From: an uncultured bacterium
GTDB taxonomy: Bacteria > Acidobacteriota > Thermoanaerobaculia > Multivoradales > JAHZIX01
Assembly: GCA_965368975.1 (NCBI GenBank)
Contig: CBDUPA010000001.1
Location: 160,001-224,000 of the forward strand
Reading direction: 5' to 3'
Length of the DNA stretch: 64,000 nucleotides
Under the pieces are notes generated by a model. That model did no database searches, was not told where the DNA came from, and saw only the letters and a list, made by a program, of their open reading frames with translations. The position numbers were made by a program, and so were the translations under genes. Positions 46,190-55,138 of this stretch are shown piece after piece (the stretch's first letter is position 1; each line of letters begins with the position of its first letter).

Positions 46190-47506
46190 TCAGGGCGACA
46201 GCCAGCGCCTGCGCCGCCAGCGCGGCGGGGGCTCGAACCACTCCGTATCCATGCTTTCGAGCAGCAGGTCGGCGAAGCTCTCGATGTCGAAGTGACACTC
46301 TTGGGCCAACTGCTCTGTCAGGTTGGTGTGGTAGAAGCAGCGGGCGACGATGTAGGCCTCGGGGAATTTGCCGGACAGGCGCAGGGCGGTGAGGATGTTG
46401 CTGCCGGCGTCATTGGAGCCGAGGATCAAGGCCAGTTCGTCGCCGGCTTCCTCGAAGAAGGGTTGCACGCGCTGCCAGGTACTCGGGCTGCGCAGGTCGC
46501 CCTCGACCTTGACGCAGTGGTAGTCCCCCGTGAACCCAACCCTCTCCTCGAATTCGAGCGCTCGGTCGGTCGCATCGAGGTCGACCAGGACGACGGTGGA
46601 GAAACTTCCCTGAGCCCGTCTTTGCAATTCGTCGAGGACCGTCTGGCCGAAGCGCCCGAAACCGGCGATCACCACGATGTCGAGTGCGTGCGTCTGCTGG
46701 AAGTGGGGCAGTAGCTTGACGCCCACTAGGTGCTGCGCGGCCGTTTCGTGCGAGTTGAACTTGGCACACTCGGGCAGGATCTCGTGGTCTTCGATCTGGT
46801 GCTTGAGCTGGGTGTCGCGCAGGTGTAGCAGGATGCGCGGGGCCAAGTGCTCGGCCTTGTTACGCATGCGCGAGGCGGTGTTGAGGTTGACGTAGTCGTC
46901 GCCGGTCAGCAGCACGACGCGGTCGGCGTAGGGCAGGCGCAGCGAGTCGAGCACGGCCTCGCTGGTGATGTCGCCGTACAGCACTTCGACCCGGTAGCGT
47001 AGCGCCGCCGCCTCGGCGCTCGGATGTTCGTGCTGCTTCTCGACCACCAGCACCGGTTGGCGCGGGTTGTGCTCGCGCAGCCGCTGGAGGTAGAGCAACG
47101 TCAAGCGACCGCAACCGACCACGACGATGTGCCCGCGCATCCGCCGCATCCGCCAGTCGCGCGGCCGGATAGCGTGCAGCACGCCCTCGATCACCGCCGA
47201 GGTGGTGATCAGCGGCGCCAGGAAGTAGGCGAACCAGGCCATGATGAACGCCCAGTGCGGCCCCCCTTCGGGCACGCCGATGTCCAGGCCACCGAAGACG
47301 AAGAGGCCGAGCGCGTAGTAGACCCGCGTCGTGACGTTCGAGTCCGGGATGTACGGTCGGTCCGTCGTCGCGACGCCCGAAAAGAAGGGCAGCAGCGCCA
47401 GGCCGAAGACGAGGGCGAAGAGCGCCACGCGCCAGCTCAGCCACTGCCAGCTGCGGCGTAGCGTCTCGGTCGCGATCGGCGGCGTTACCGAAGGCTTGAT
47501 GGGCAT
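46190..47506 (-). CDS. K+-channel-like membrane protein with two TrkA-N/RCK NAD-binding domains
   Basis: Two TM segments around a pore-like stretch; HIVVVGCGR and IAGFGRFG Rossmann motifs. Confidence 0.8.
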   Translation of the reverse strand: MPIKPSVTPPIATETLRRSWQWLSWRVALFALVFGLALLPFFSGVATTDRPYIPDSNVTTRVYYALGLFVFGGLDIGVPEGGPHWAFIMAWFAYFLAPLITTSAVIEGVLHAIRPRDWRMRRMRGHIVVVGCGRLTLLYLQRLREHNPRQPVLVVEKQHEHPSAEAAALRYRVEVLYGDITSEAVLDSLRLPYADRVVLLTGDDYVNLNTASRMRNKAEHLAPRILLHLRDTQLKHQIEDHEILPECAKFNSHETAAQHLVGVKLLPHFQQTHALDIVVIAGFGRFGQTVLDELQRRAQGSFSTVVLVDLDATDRALEFEERVGFTGDYHCVKVEGDLRSPSTWQRVQPFFEEAGDELALILGSNDAGSNILTALRLSGKFPEAYIVARCFYHTNLTEQLAQECHFDIESFADLLLESMDTEWFEPPPRWRRRRWLSP

Positions 47507-47599
47507 TGCGCCGAGAAGCATGCCGGAAGCGCCGCGCGGAGGCAAGGGGGCAGGTCTACTGGGTCATTCAGCCGACTCGGAGCGGGGGGCAGAGCCGTG

Positions 47600-47894
47600 C
47601 CGCTGGCGCCAGAAGTCGCGCTCCGGCCCTTGCCGAACTGCGCGGCGAAACCCTTGTTGACCCACTGTAGGTTGCTCAGCCGTCGCAGCGCTGGCAACAC
47701 ATCCTGGGTGAAGGACGGCGTGTCCGGGAAGGGCAGCCAGCCGCACTGCACATAGCTGTCGACCAGCAGGTCGTAGAGGGTGCGCCAGGCGATGACGTCG
47801 GGCGCGTAGTTGGGCGGGCCGACGATCACCCAGGCGGCCTTGACCGGCAGCTCGACGCCGTCGAGCTTGACGCTGGCGCACACCGGACCATCGG
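47600..47894 (-). pseudogene. Internal fragment of a LodA/GoxA-family CTQ oxidase
   Basis: DGPV.ASV...AWVIVGPPNYAPDVIAWRTLYDLL..PSFTQDVLP.L.RLSNLQWVNKGF; no start, frame degrades after FGKG. Confidence 0.75.
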
Positions 47895-48033
47895 TGAAAC
47901 TCCTGGAGGGTTGCAGGTAGACGGGCAGGACGCGGCGCTGGCGTCAGGTGACGGCCCGGGTCTCGGCGCTTCCGATCGAGGACAAGAGAGTAGAGGTCCA
48001 AGCATACACCCGCTGTGCTACGCTGCGCCGACC

Positions 48034-48975
48034 ATGCCGCAGCCGCCCGCCAACAAGGCCCTGAGTGAGACCACGATCGGCGGCCTGTATGCGCTCGGTG
48101 CCTATCTGGTGTGGGGCGTCAATCCGTTGTTCTGGAAGGAACTGGTGCACATCGATCCGGCCGAGGTGCTGGGGCATCGGCTGGTCTGGTCGATGGTGCT
48201 GCTGGCGGTGCTACTGGCGTTCCAGGGCCGCTTCGGTGAGTTGCGCGAGCTGCTGTCCTCGCGGCGCCGGTTGCAGGTGTTCCTGTTGTCGGCGGCCTTG
48301 ATCAGCTGCAACTGGTGGACCTACCTCTATGCCGTGACCAGTGAGCAGGTGCTGCAAGCCAGCTTGGGGTACTTCATGAACCCGCTGTTCAACGTCTTTC
48401 TGGGCATGCTCTTCCTCGGCGAGCGACCGCGCCCGTGGCAATGGGTGGCGCTGGCCTTGGCGGCAGCGGGGGTGGCGCAGCTGGTGATCTACACTGGCGG
48501 GGTGCCCTGGATCGCGCTCGGCTTGATGGCGTCGTTCGGCTTCTACGGCTTGGTGCGCAAGACGGCACCGGCGGATTCGATGCTGGGGACCAGCGCCGAG
48601 GTCTGCTTCCTGGGGCCGTTGGCACTGGTGTACCTGGGGCTGCTGGCGGCGCGCGGCGAGGCTGCCTTTCCGGCTGCGGACGCCTACGTGTGGACCTTCT
48701 TGGTGCTCAGCGGAGTGCTGACCGCAGTGCCCTTGATGTGGTTCGCGCACGCGGCACGTCGGCTGCCGTTGACGGTGGTCGGGATGTTCCAGTACCTGGC
48801 ACCGACGCTACAGTTCCTGCTCGCCGTGTGGGTTTTCCACGAGCCGTTCTCGACGTTGCAGTTGCGCGCCTTCGTGTGCATTTGGGTGGCGCTGACGATC
48901 TTCACCGTCGAGGCGCAGCTGCGACGACGTCGGGAGTTGCGTCGCCTGGCCCTGGCGTCGACGGCCAGTGGGTGA
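48034..48975 (+). CDS. rarD: RarD (EamA/DMT) transporter
   Basis: AYLVWG..HRLVWS..ASLGYFMNPL..YGLVRK..QYLAPTLQF. Confidence 0.93.
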   Translation: MPQPPANKALSETTIGGLYALGAYLVWGVNPLFWKELVHIDPAEVLGHRLVWSMVLLAVLLAFQGRFGELRELLSSRRRLQVFLLSAALISCNWWTYLYAVTSEQVLQASLGYFMNPLFNVFLGMLFLGERPRPWQWVALALAAAGVAQLVIYTGGVPWIALGLMASFGFYGLVRKTAPADSMLGTSAEVCFLGPLALVYLGLLAARGEAAFPAADAYVWTFLVLSGVLTAVPLMWFAHAARRLPLTVVGMFQYLAPTLQFLLAVWVFHEPFSTLQLRAFVCIWVALTIFTVEAQLRRRRELRRLALASTASG

Positions 48976-48998
48976 TGGCCAGTGGTTGAAGCCGGCTG

Positions 48999-49808
48999 CT
49001 AGAGGGTTTCCGGCTGCTGCAGGCGACCGATCAGGGTCTCGACGGCACCCTGGGAGCGGCGGTCGCAGAAGTCTTTGAGTACCTTCAGCACACGCGGGTG
49101 ACGGCTGGCGATGCGTTGCACGTCGGTGCGGATGACTTCGAGTGCGCTGACGTCGCCGCAGGCGGTGATGGTAGCGGTGCGCGGTTTGCCGAGCAGGACG
49201 GAGACTTCGCCGAACAGGTCGCCGGGGCCGAGGCGGTTGAGCTGGATGGGCTTACGGTCCTGTCCCTGGATGAACACCTTGACCTCGCCGTCGACGATCA
49301 GGAACAGGCTCTCGCCCGGCTCACCTTCGCTGACGATGACGTCGCCGCCCTGGTAGCGGTGCAGGTGGGTCGAGGTGAGCAGTTCTTCGAGTGCCGCCGG
49401 CTCGAACATGGTGAACAGCGTGGAGGTTTCGATCTCGTGCGAGCGAGTGTCGTCCTCGCTCAGGTCGTCGGGTGTACTGCCTTCGAGTTCGATCAACTGC
49501 GCCAGTTCGGCGTGGATCTCGACCGCGTCCGGCGCGGTACTCAGGAGCTGCTTGTACAACACGATGGCGCGCGTGTGCAGGCCCTCGCGGACGTAAGCGC
49601 GCGCCAAGCGACGCTGCACCTCGAGAGCGTTTTGCGGGCGCCCCGCAGCTTCGAAGACGCGCGCCAGCTGGCGTAGCAACTCGGGATCGTTGGGCCGCCG
49701 GACCAGCTGGGCTGCTACCGCGGCTTCGGCTCGCCGGTACTGTCCACGCCGCAAGTAGTGGTCCAGGTGCTCGAGCTTGGGACGGAACAGTCGGCTGAGC
49801 AGGTCCAT
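48999..49808 (-). CDS. TPR + cyclic-nucleotide-binding domain protein
   Basis: N-terminal TPR-like helices; EGEPGESLFLIVDG..GDLFGEVS..PRTATI. Confidence 0.88.
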   Translation of the reverse strand: MDLLSRLFRPKLEHLDHYLRRGQYRRAEAAVAAQLVRRPNDPELLRQLARVFEAAGRPQNALEVQRRLARAYVREGLHTRAIVLYKQLLSTAPDAVEIHAELAQLIELEGSTPDDLSEDDTRSHEIETSTLFTMFEPAALEELLTSTHLHRYQGGDVIVSEGEPGESLFLIVDGEVKVFIQGQDRKPIQLNRLGPGDLFGEVSVLLGKPRTATITACGDVSALEVIRTDVQRIASRHPRVLKVLKDFCDRRSQGAVETLIGRLQQPETL

Positions 49809-49905
49809 GGCGAGGTGCCTCCGTGGTGGCGGCTTGGTGGGCTGGGCTCGGTGCAGAGCGGCGTGCGTGTGGTCAAGGAGGACTCGATCCGGCGAGCCGT
49901 CTCGA

Positions 49906-51699
49906 TCAGTTCGGGGTCTCCGTATGCTTGAGCACTAGCATGGTGATGTCGTCGTACTGCGGCGCGCTGCCGGCGAAGGCATCGACATCGGCGAAGATGC
50001 CGTCGAGGATGCTCTGTGCGTCCTGGTCGGCGCGGCTGCGCAGGCCCTCGATCAGCCGCTCCATCTCGAATTCGTTGTCGTCGGGGTCGTTGGCCTCGTT
50101 GACGCCATCGGAGTAGAGCGCCACCACGTCACCGGGCTCTAGTTGCAGCTCGCCTTCCCGGTAGCTGCCGCTCGGGAACAGGCCCACGGGTAGGCCGCCG
50201 GCGTCGAGCGTCTCGACCTCGCCGCCCTTGCGAATCACCAGGCCCTCGTTGTGGCCGGCGTTGACGAAGCGACATTTGCCGGTTGCCGGATCGAGCAGCA
50301 GGAAGATGGCGGTGACGTACTTGTTGGCCGGTGTCGTCTGGTAGATCAGCTGGCTGGTGCGTGCGACCAGGCTGGCGAGGTCACGGCCGCCGCCGAGCAG
50401 GGCGCGCAGGGTCGCCTGGATGTTGCTCATCAGCAGGGACGCCGCCATTCCCTTGCCCGACACATCGGCGACGCACAGCAGCGTACGGCCACCGGTGCGG
50501 TTGCCCTCGTCGTCGCACGGATCGACCGGCAGTGCGTCGTAGTAGTCGCCGCCCACCTCCGAGGCCGGGCGGTTGCGCGCCGCGATCTGGCAGCCGGGAA
50601 GTTGCGGCAGTTCGCGCGGGAACAGGCGCCGCTGGATGTCGCCAGCCAGTGCCAGGTCGCGCTCCAGCTTCTGGCGCTCGACGGCTTCGACGAAGTACCA
50701 GCTGTTGCCGAAGGCGACTGCAGCCTGGGCTGCCAGGCCGGCGCAGAAGTCGAGGTCTTCTTCCTGGAAGCGCCGGTTGCCGGCGGGGGCGCCGAGGGCG
50801 GCGAAGCCGATCACTTCCGGGCCGGCGGTCAGCGGCACCACGATCACCGCGTCGTTGTGCTCCAGCGCTTGCAGCAGAGGGCCGTCTTCGAGGTTCTCGA
50901 TGTACTGCGGTGTGGTCAGCTGCTGCAACTCGCCGCTCAGCGATTCGGGGTCGTCGAAGCACATGCCGCGCTCGCGCACCACCGTCGGGTGACCTTGCTT
51001 CCAGGCCACGATCGCCGACTTGCGCACCAGCCACTGGCCGGTGAGCGTGAGGCTCAGGCGCTGCGCCACTTGCTGTGGTTCGAGCGTGCCAGTGAAGCTG
51101 CGGACCAGGTCGAGGAGGGTGCGCAGCTGCTGCACGCGACGGTCGAGCTGCAGGTTCAGGCGCCGCGTGTCGGCGTGAGCGCGGGCGTTGTCGATGGCGC
51201 TGGCGGCGATGCCCAGGAGAGCTTCCAGGAATTGCCGTTCCGAGGTCCCCAGGCGGCCGGTCAGCGGTGAGCCGAGGCCGAGGTAGCCGGTGGGCTCGGG
51301 GTCGCCGATGGCGAGCACCAGGTCGATGCCGGCCTCGCCGGCCTGCTCGGGGTCGAAGATGTCGCCCTTGGTCAGGTTCTTGACGCCGCGCACGGCGGCG
51401 ACGCGCAGTTGGTTCTGCTGTGGATCCCGACCGCCGGCCGTGCTTGGGCTGCTCGGTGTTTCTGGGTTGCTTCGGGGATCTCTGCCGTCGTGCCTGTCGA
51501 GTGCGATCAGGCCGCGGCTGACCACCAGGCGACCCATGACCGAGCGCAGCAGGGCCAGGAGGAGGTCGTCGAGCTCCAGCGACGAGTGCAGCAGCTTGGC
51601 CGATTCGAGCAGCGCTTCGAGGGAGCCGGCGGCCAGGCTCTGACTCCGCACACCTTCGTCGCGCGCCGGAGCGCGGAGGCCCGGGGCGTCCGGGTTCAA
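49906..51699 (-). CDS. GAF + SpoIIE/PP2C phosphatase (RsbU-like)
   Basis: VGGDYYD, ADVSGKG, NAGH, YSDGV, DDIT; TTG start overlaps rsbW stop (approximate). Confidence 0.9.
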   Translation of the reverse strand: MNPDAPGLRAPARDEGVRSQSLAAGSLEALLESAKLLHSSLELDDLLLALLRSVMGRLVVSRGLIALDRHDGRDPRSNPETPSSPSTAGGRDPQQNQLRVAAVRGVKNLTKGDIFDPEQAGEAGIDLVLAIGDPEPTGYLGLGSPLTGRLGTSERQFLEALLGIAASAIDNARAHADTRRLNLQLDRRVQQLRTLLDLVRSFTGTLEPQQVAQRLSLTLTGQWLVRKSAIVAWKQGHPTVVRERGMCFDDPESLSGELQQLTTPQYIENLEDGPLLQALEHNDAVIVVPLTAGPEVIGFAALGAPAGNRRFQEEDLDFCAGLAAQAAVAFGNSWYFVEAVERQKLERDLALAGDIQRRLFPRELPQLPGCQIAARNRPASEVGGDYYDALPVDPCDDEGNRTGGRTLLCVADVSGKGMAASLLMSNIQATLRALLGGGRDLASLVARTSQLIYQTTPANKYVTAIFLLLDPATGKCRFVNAGHNEGLVIRKGGEVETLDAGGLPVGLFPSGSYREGELQLEPGDVVALYSDGVNEANDPDDNEFEMERLIEGLRSRADQDAQSILDGIFADVDAFAGSAPQYDDITMLVLKHTETPN

Positions 51700-52133
51700 G
51701 AGGGCTTGACCTTCTTGATCATGTGCAGTTCGTTGCACTTGCCGGGTTCGATTTCGTAGCGTACTTCGTCGACCAGGGTACGGATCAGACGCATGCCGAG
51801 GCCGCCGGTGCGACGCTGGCGGATCAGCTCGTCGACATCCTCTGGCGCGATGCCGGTGGGGTCGAAGCCGGCGCTGGTGTCGATCACCGCAATGTGGACT
51901 TCGTCGTTGTCGAAGGTGGCGCGCACGGTGACTTCTTTTTGCACGTCGTGGCCGTACGCATGCTCGATGACGTTGGCACAGGCTTCGTCGACCGCCAGCT
52001 CCAGGCCGTTGCGCTGCTTGTCGTCGAGGCCGGTCTGTTCGGACACACGGGTGACAAAGTCGCGGATCATGGCCAGGTTGCGCGTCGAACACGGCACCTG
52101 CAGGCAGAAGGTCTGTTCGTAGGTTTCTGACAC
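51696..52133 (-). CDS. rsbW: Anti-sigma factor / Ser kinase (RsbW-like)
   Basis: LAVDEACANVIEHAY..GGLGMRLIRTLVDEV. Confidence 0.9.
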   Translation of the reverse strand: MSETYEQTFCLQVPCSTRNLAMIRDFVTRVSEQTGLDDKQRNGLELAVDEACANVIEHAYGHDVQKEVTVRATFDNDEVHIAVIDTSAGFDPTGIAPEDVDELIRQRRTGGLGMRLIRTLVDEVRYEIEPGKCNELHMIKKVKPS

Positions 52134-52136
52134 GGT

Positions 52137-52505
52137 TCAAACCTCTCGGGTCGGATGCGTGGTGAAGCGCTGGCGGGCGCCGTCCAGGTCACTCAAGATG
52201 TCGAACAGCTGGTCGAAGCCGAGCATGTCGAAAACCTGGCGCACCTTGTCGATCAAGCCGCAGATCTTGATGTCGCCGCCGTGCTCCCGGACCTCCTCGA
52301 TATAGCCCATGAAGACCCCCAGGCCGGCGGAGGAAATGTAGGTCAATTCGCGGCAGTCGATAATGACCTGGAAGTTCTGCGCGTCTATCTCTTGTTGCAG
52401 CGCGGCTTCGAAGTCGGGTGCCGTGTGGGCGTCGAGGAAGCCATTCAAGGATAGAATGACCAAACTATCCGCAGTCGAGCGCTGCACTGAGAACGAAGTC
52501 GCCAT
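52137..52505 (-). CDS. rsbV: Anti-anti-sigma STAS protein (RsbV-like)
   Basis: GFLDAHTAP..LTYISSAGLGVF..VRQVFDMLGF. Confidence 0.92.
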   Translation of the reverse strand: MATSFSVQRSTADSLVILSLNGFLDAHTAPDFEAALQQEIDAQNFQVIIDCRELTYISSAGLGVFMGYIEEVREHGGDIKICGLIDKVRQVFDMLGFDQLFDILSDLDGARQRFTTHPTREV

Positions 52506-52522
52506 CGGTTGAAATCCTCCGA

Positions 52523-55138
52523 ATGGGGTCCAAGATTCGAAACCTGGGCAGTATACCTTTGTTGCGCCGGATCGGCATCCTGCTGCTGGCACTGTCGCCG
52601 TTGGCCTTCGGCGTGGCTGTCTGGCGTGCGCCGCAGGTCGACGCCCCAGCGCGCTGGCAGCTCGGACTGAGTCGTGATGACGCCGTCGAGACGGCGCGGC
52701 AGGCGCTCGAACAGTTGCTGGCCGTGGAAATCGGCGGCCAAGTCGAGGCGAGCGTGTGGGTGGAGTACGACGTGGCGCTGGAGCGCTATCTCGACCGCCG
52801 GGCCGCCGAAGCGGGTACCCACCGTGCGGTGGCGGCAGTACAGCGGCTGGCACCGCCGCTGGTGATCGCCGTCGAGATGCCGCTGTCGTTCGGAGGCAAG
52901 GCCGTGGTGCGCCTGGCGCGCGATGGCCGCGTGCTGGGCTACGACCTGCCGTCGGCGCTGGCGCCCGAAGACGACTCGGAAGAGGCCGACCCGAAGGACG
53001 ACGAGGCGCGGCGAGCCGAGCGGGCCAGCAGTGCCGCGGCAGTCGACAGCGAACTACGTCCCGAAGTCGTCGCGGCGTACGCTCGCCGTCAGGCAGCAGA
53101 GGCACACCAACTGTGGTTGCGCGGCCTGGAAGTGGCCCTGCGCGAGACCGAGTCGGAGTCGGCGCAGACGGCCAGCGGCGTGCGTACCTTCACCTGGCGC
53201 GAGCGGCTGGAGGTACTGCCGGAACTCGAGGTGTCGCTGCAGGTGGAACTCGAGAATCGCCAGCTCCGGCACCAGAGCGTGCGTGCCCGCCTGGAAGCGG
53301 ACAGCGACTCGCAGCTGGGCAGCGGCCTGCCGATGGTCGCGCGCGCCGTCGCCGGAACGCTCTGGGGGCTGCTGCTCTTGTGGTTGATCGTGCGCGGCCT
53401 GCTGCGCTACGGCTATCGCTTCTCCGAGAGTGAGGTGAGTCATCCGCGCACCTTGCTGCTCAGCCTGGCGATGCTGCTGACGTCGGTGCCCTTCAGCCAT
53501 CAACTCTTCACCGCTTTCAGGATCGGCGATGCGGACGACGCCTGGCCGCTGGTGCTGGTGACCTCGCTTCTGTTGGTGTTGCCGGTATCCGTGCTGCTGG
53601 CGCTGTTGTGGGCCGGCTGCGAGGCGGATCTGCGCCAGATCGATCGTCGGCGCCTGCTGTCGTTGGACGCCGTCGTGCGGGGCCTCTGGGGACGTCGAGA
53701 GGTCGCCTGGTCGATCTTGGTCGGGGCGGGTTGTGCCAGCTGGTTGCTGGCGCTGCGCAGCCTGCTGCCGGCGCTGGTCCCGGACGGGACGCTACGCCTG
53801 GCGACACCGCTCCAGCCGGCGATTCTGCTGCTCGGCGGCGGCTGGCTCTACGGCCCGGCGCTCGCCTGCATCACGGCACTGCCGTTGCTGGTGTTCGGGC
53901 TGGTGGTGCCGCTGGCGTATCTGCGCCGACGTCCGCGGCTGGCGCTCCTGCTCGGTAGCTTGACCAATTTCCTGGGCCTGCTGCTGCTGCGCGAGATCAC
54001 CAGCGTGCCGTGGCAAGCCGCCCTGCTGGACGCCGCGGTGTGGACGCTGGCGATCGTGCTGCCGTACCTGCTCGCCGACCTGCTGGCGGCGGTGTGCGGC
54101 CACGTCCTGGCGTGGGTGGGACTGTACCTGATTTGCCTGGCGCACCAGCCGGCGGACGATCTGAGCCGGCTGGCCCTGCTGCTGCTGGCTGGCATCGGTC
54201 TCGGACTTGCCGTGCAGGCTGCCGTGGTGCGCTTCGGCCGCCGCACGCCGGCCGAGGAAGTCATGCCGCGGTATGTGCGCAAGATGCGCGAGCGCGAATC
54301 TCTGGCCGAGGAGGTGTCGGCGGCCACGGTGGCGCGGGACCGCCTGCTGCCCGTGACCCCGCCACAGCCACTCGGTGCCGCGCTCAGCGTGGTCACTGTT
54401 TCCGGCCAGCAGGCCGGGGCCTATCACGACTTCTTCGAACTGCCAGAAGGTGTTGACGACGAAGCTGCGACGTGTCGTGGAGAGCGTCGCGTGGGCCTGG
54501 TGGTGGCCGACTTCGGCTGGGGGCTGGCGGCGGCCCTACGCCTGACGCTGGCCAAAGGCTTCCTGCTCTCCTTCCACCGTCGCCAACTGCCGCCGGAAGC
54601 CCTGGTGCGCCGCCTGCTGGGGCGTCTGGGCCAGCTGGTGACCCTGCGCGATCAGGAAGACGAGGCCGCCGTCGTGTTTGCCGACTACGCACCGAGCCAG
54701 CGTCGGCTGTGCCTGGCACTGGCCCGGCACAGTCCGCTCTTGGTGCTGCTGCGCGCGGACCGCCGTGCCGAGATCCTGGCCGGCTTCGACACTCGCCACA
54801 CCGCGGTGCTGGAGCGGGAGAGCCGCGCAGAGGTGGTCGAGATGGAAGTGCAGCTCGAGCCCGGGGATGCCCTGGCTGTCGTGCTGCTCGGCGACGTCGA
54901 CCTGGAGCGCTGGTGGGGGCGCCTACGCCGTCGCTTGCGCAGCTGCCTGGAAGGCGGCCCGTCCGCCGACGCCGCCGCGCTCGCCCAGCGCATGCGCGAC
55001 GTCGGGGTCGAGCCTGTGACGGTGGTGCAGTTGCGGGTCGAAGACCCGGAAGCGACGGTCGAGATCCCGAGCTTGCCGGCTTCCGTGGTGGCCGCCGCTA
55101 CGCCCGAGCTTGCACCCGATAGGGAGGACGCACCATGA
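52523..55138 (+). CDS. Polytopic membrane protein with degenerate SpoIIE domain
   Basis: Many TM helices; C-terminal SpoIIE-like fold lacking most metal-binding Asp; start uncertain. Confidence 0.75.
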   Translation: MGSKIRNLGSIPLLRRIGILLLALSPLAFGVAVWRAPQVDAPARWQLGLSRDDAVETARQALEQLLAVEIGGQVEASVWVEYDVALERYLDRRAAEAGTHRAVAAVQRLAPPLVIAVEMPLSFGGKAVVRLARDGRVLGYDLPSALAPEDDSEEADPKDDEARRAERASSAAAVDSELRPEVVAAYARRQAAEAHQLWLRGLEVALRETESESAQTASGVRTFTWRERLEVLPELEVSLQVELENRQLRHQSVRARLEADSDSQLGSGLPMVARAVAGTLWGLLLLWLIVRGLLRYGYRFSESEVSHPRTLLLSLAMLLTSVPFSHQLFTAFRIGDADDAWPLVLVTSLLLVLPVSVLLALLWAGCEADLRQIDRRRLLSLDAVVRGLWGRREVAWSILVGAGCASWLLALRSLLPALVPDGTLRLATPLQPAILLLGGGWLYGPALACITALPLLVFGLVVPLAYLRRRPRLALLLGSLTNFLGLLLLREITSVPWQAALLDAAVWTLAIVLPYLLADLLAAVCGHVLAWVGLYLICLAHQPADDLSRLALLLLAGIGLGLAVQAAVVRFGRRTPAEEVMPRYVRKMRERESLAEEVSAATVARDRLLPVTPPQPLGAALSVVTVSGQQAGAYHDFFELPEGVDDEAATCRGERRVGLVVADFGWGLAAALRLTLAKGFLLSFHRRQLPPEALVRRLLGRLGQLVTLRDQEDEAAVVFADYAPSQRRLCLALARHSPLLVLLRADRRAEILAGFDTRHTAVLERESRAEVVEMEVQLEPGDALAVVLLGDVDLERWWGRLRRRLRSCLEGGPSADAAALAQRMRDVGVEPVTVVQLRVEDPEATVEIPSLPASVVAAATPELAPDREDAP

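Noticed and set aside
49906-53105. Long N-terminal extensions of RsbU (to 52140) and RsbV (to 53105)
   Set aside because: They overlap rsbW and the divergent gene; longest-ORF artefacts.
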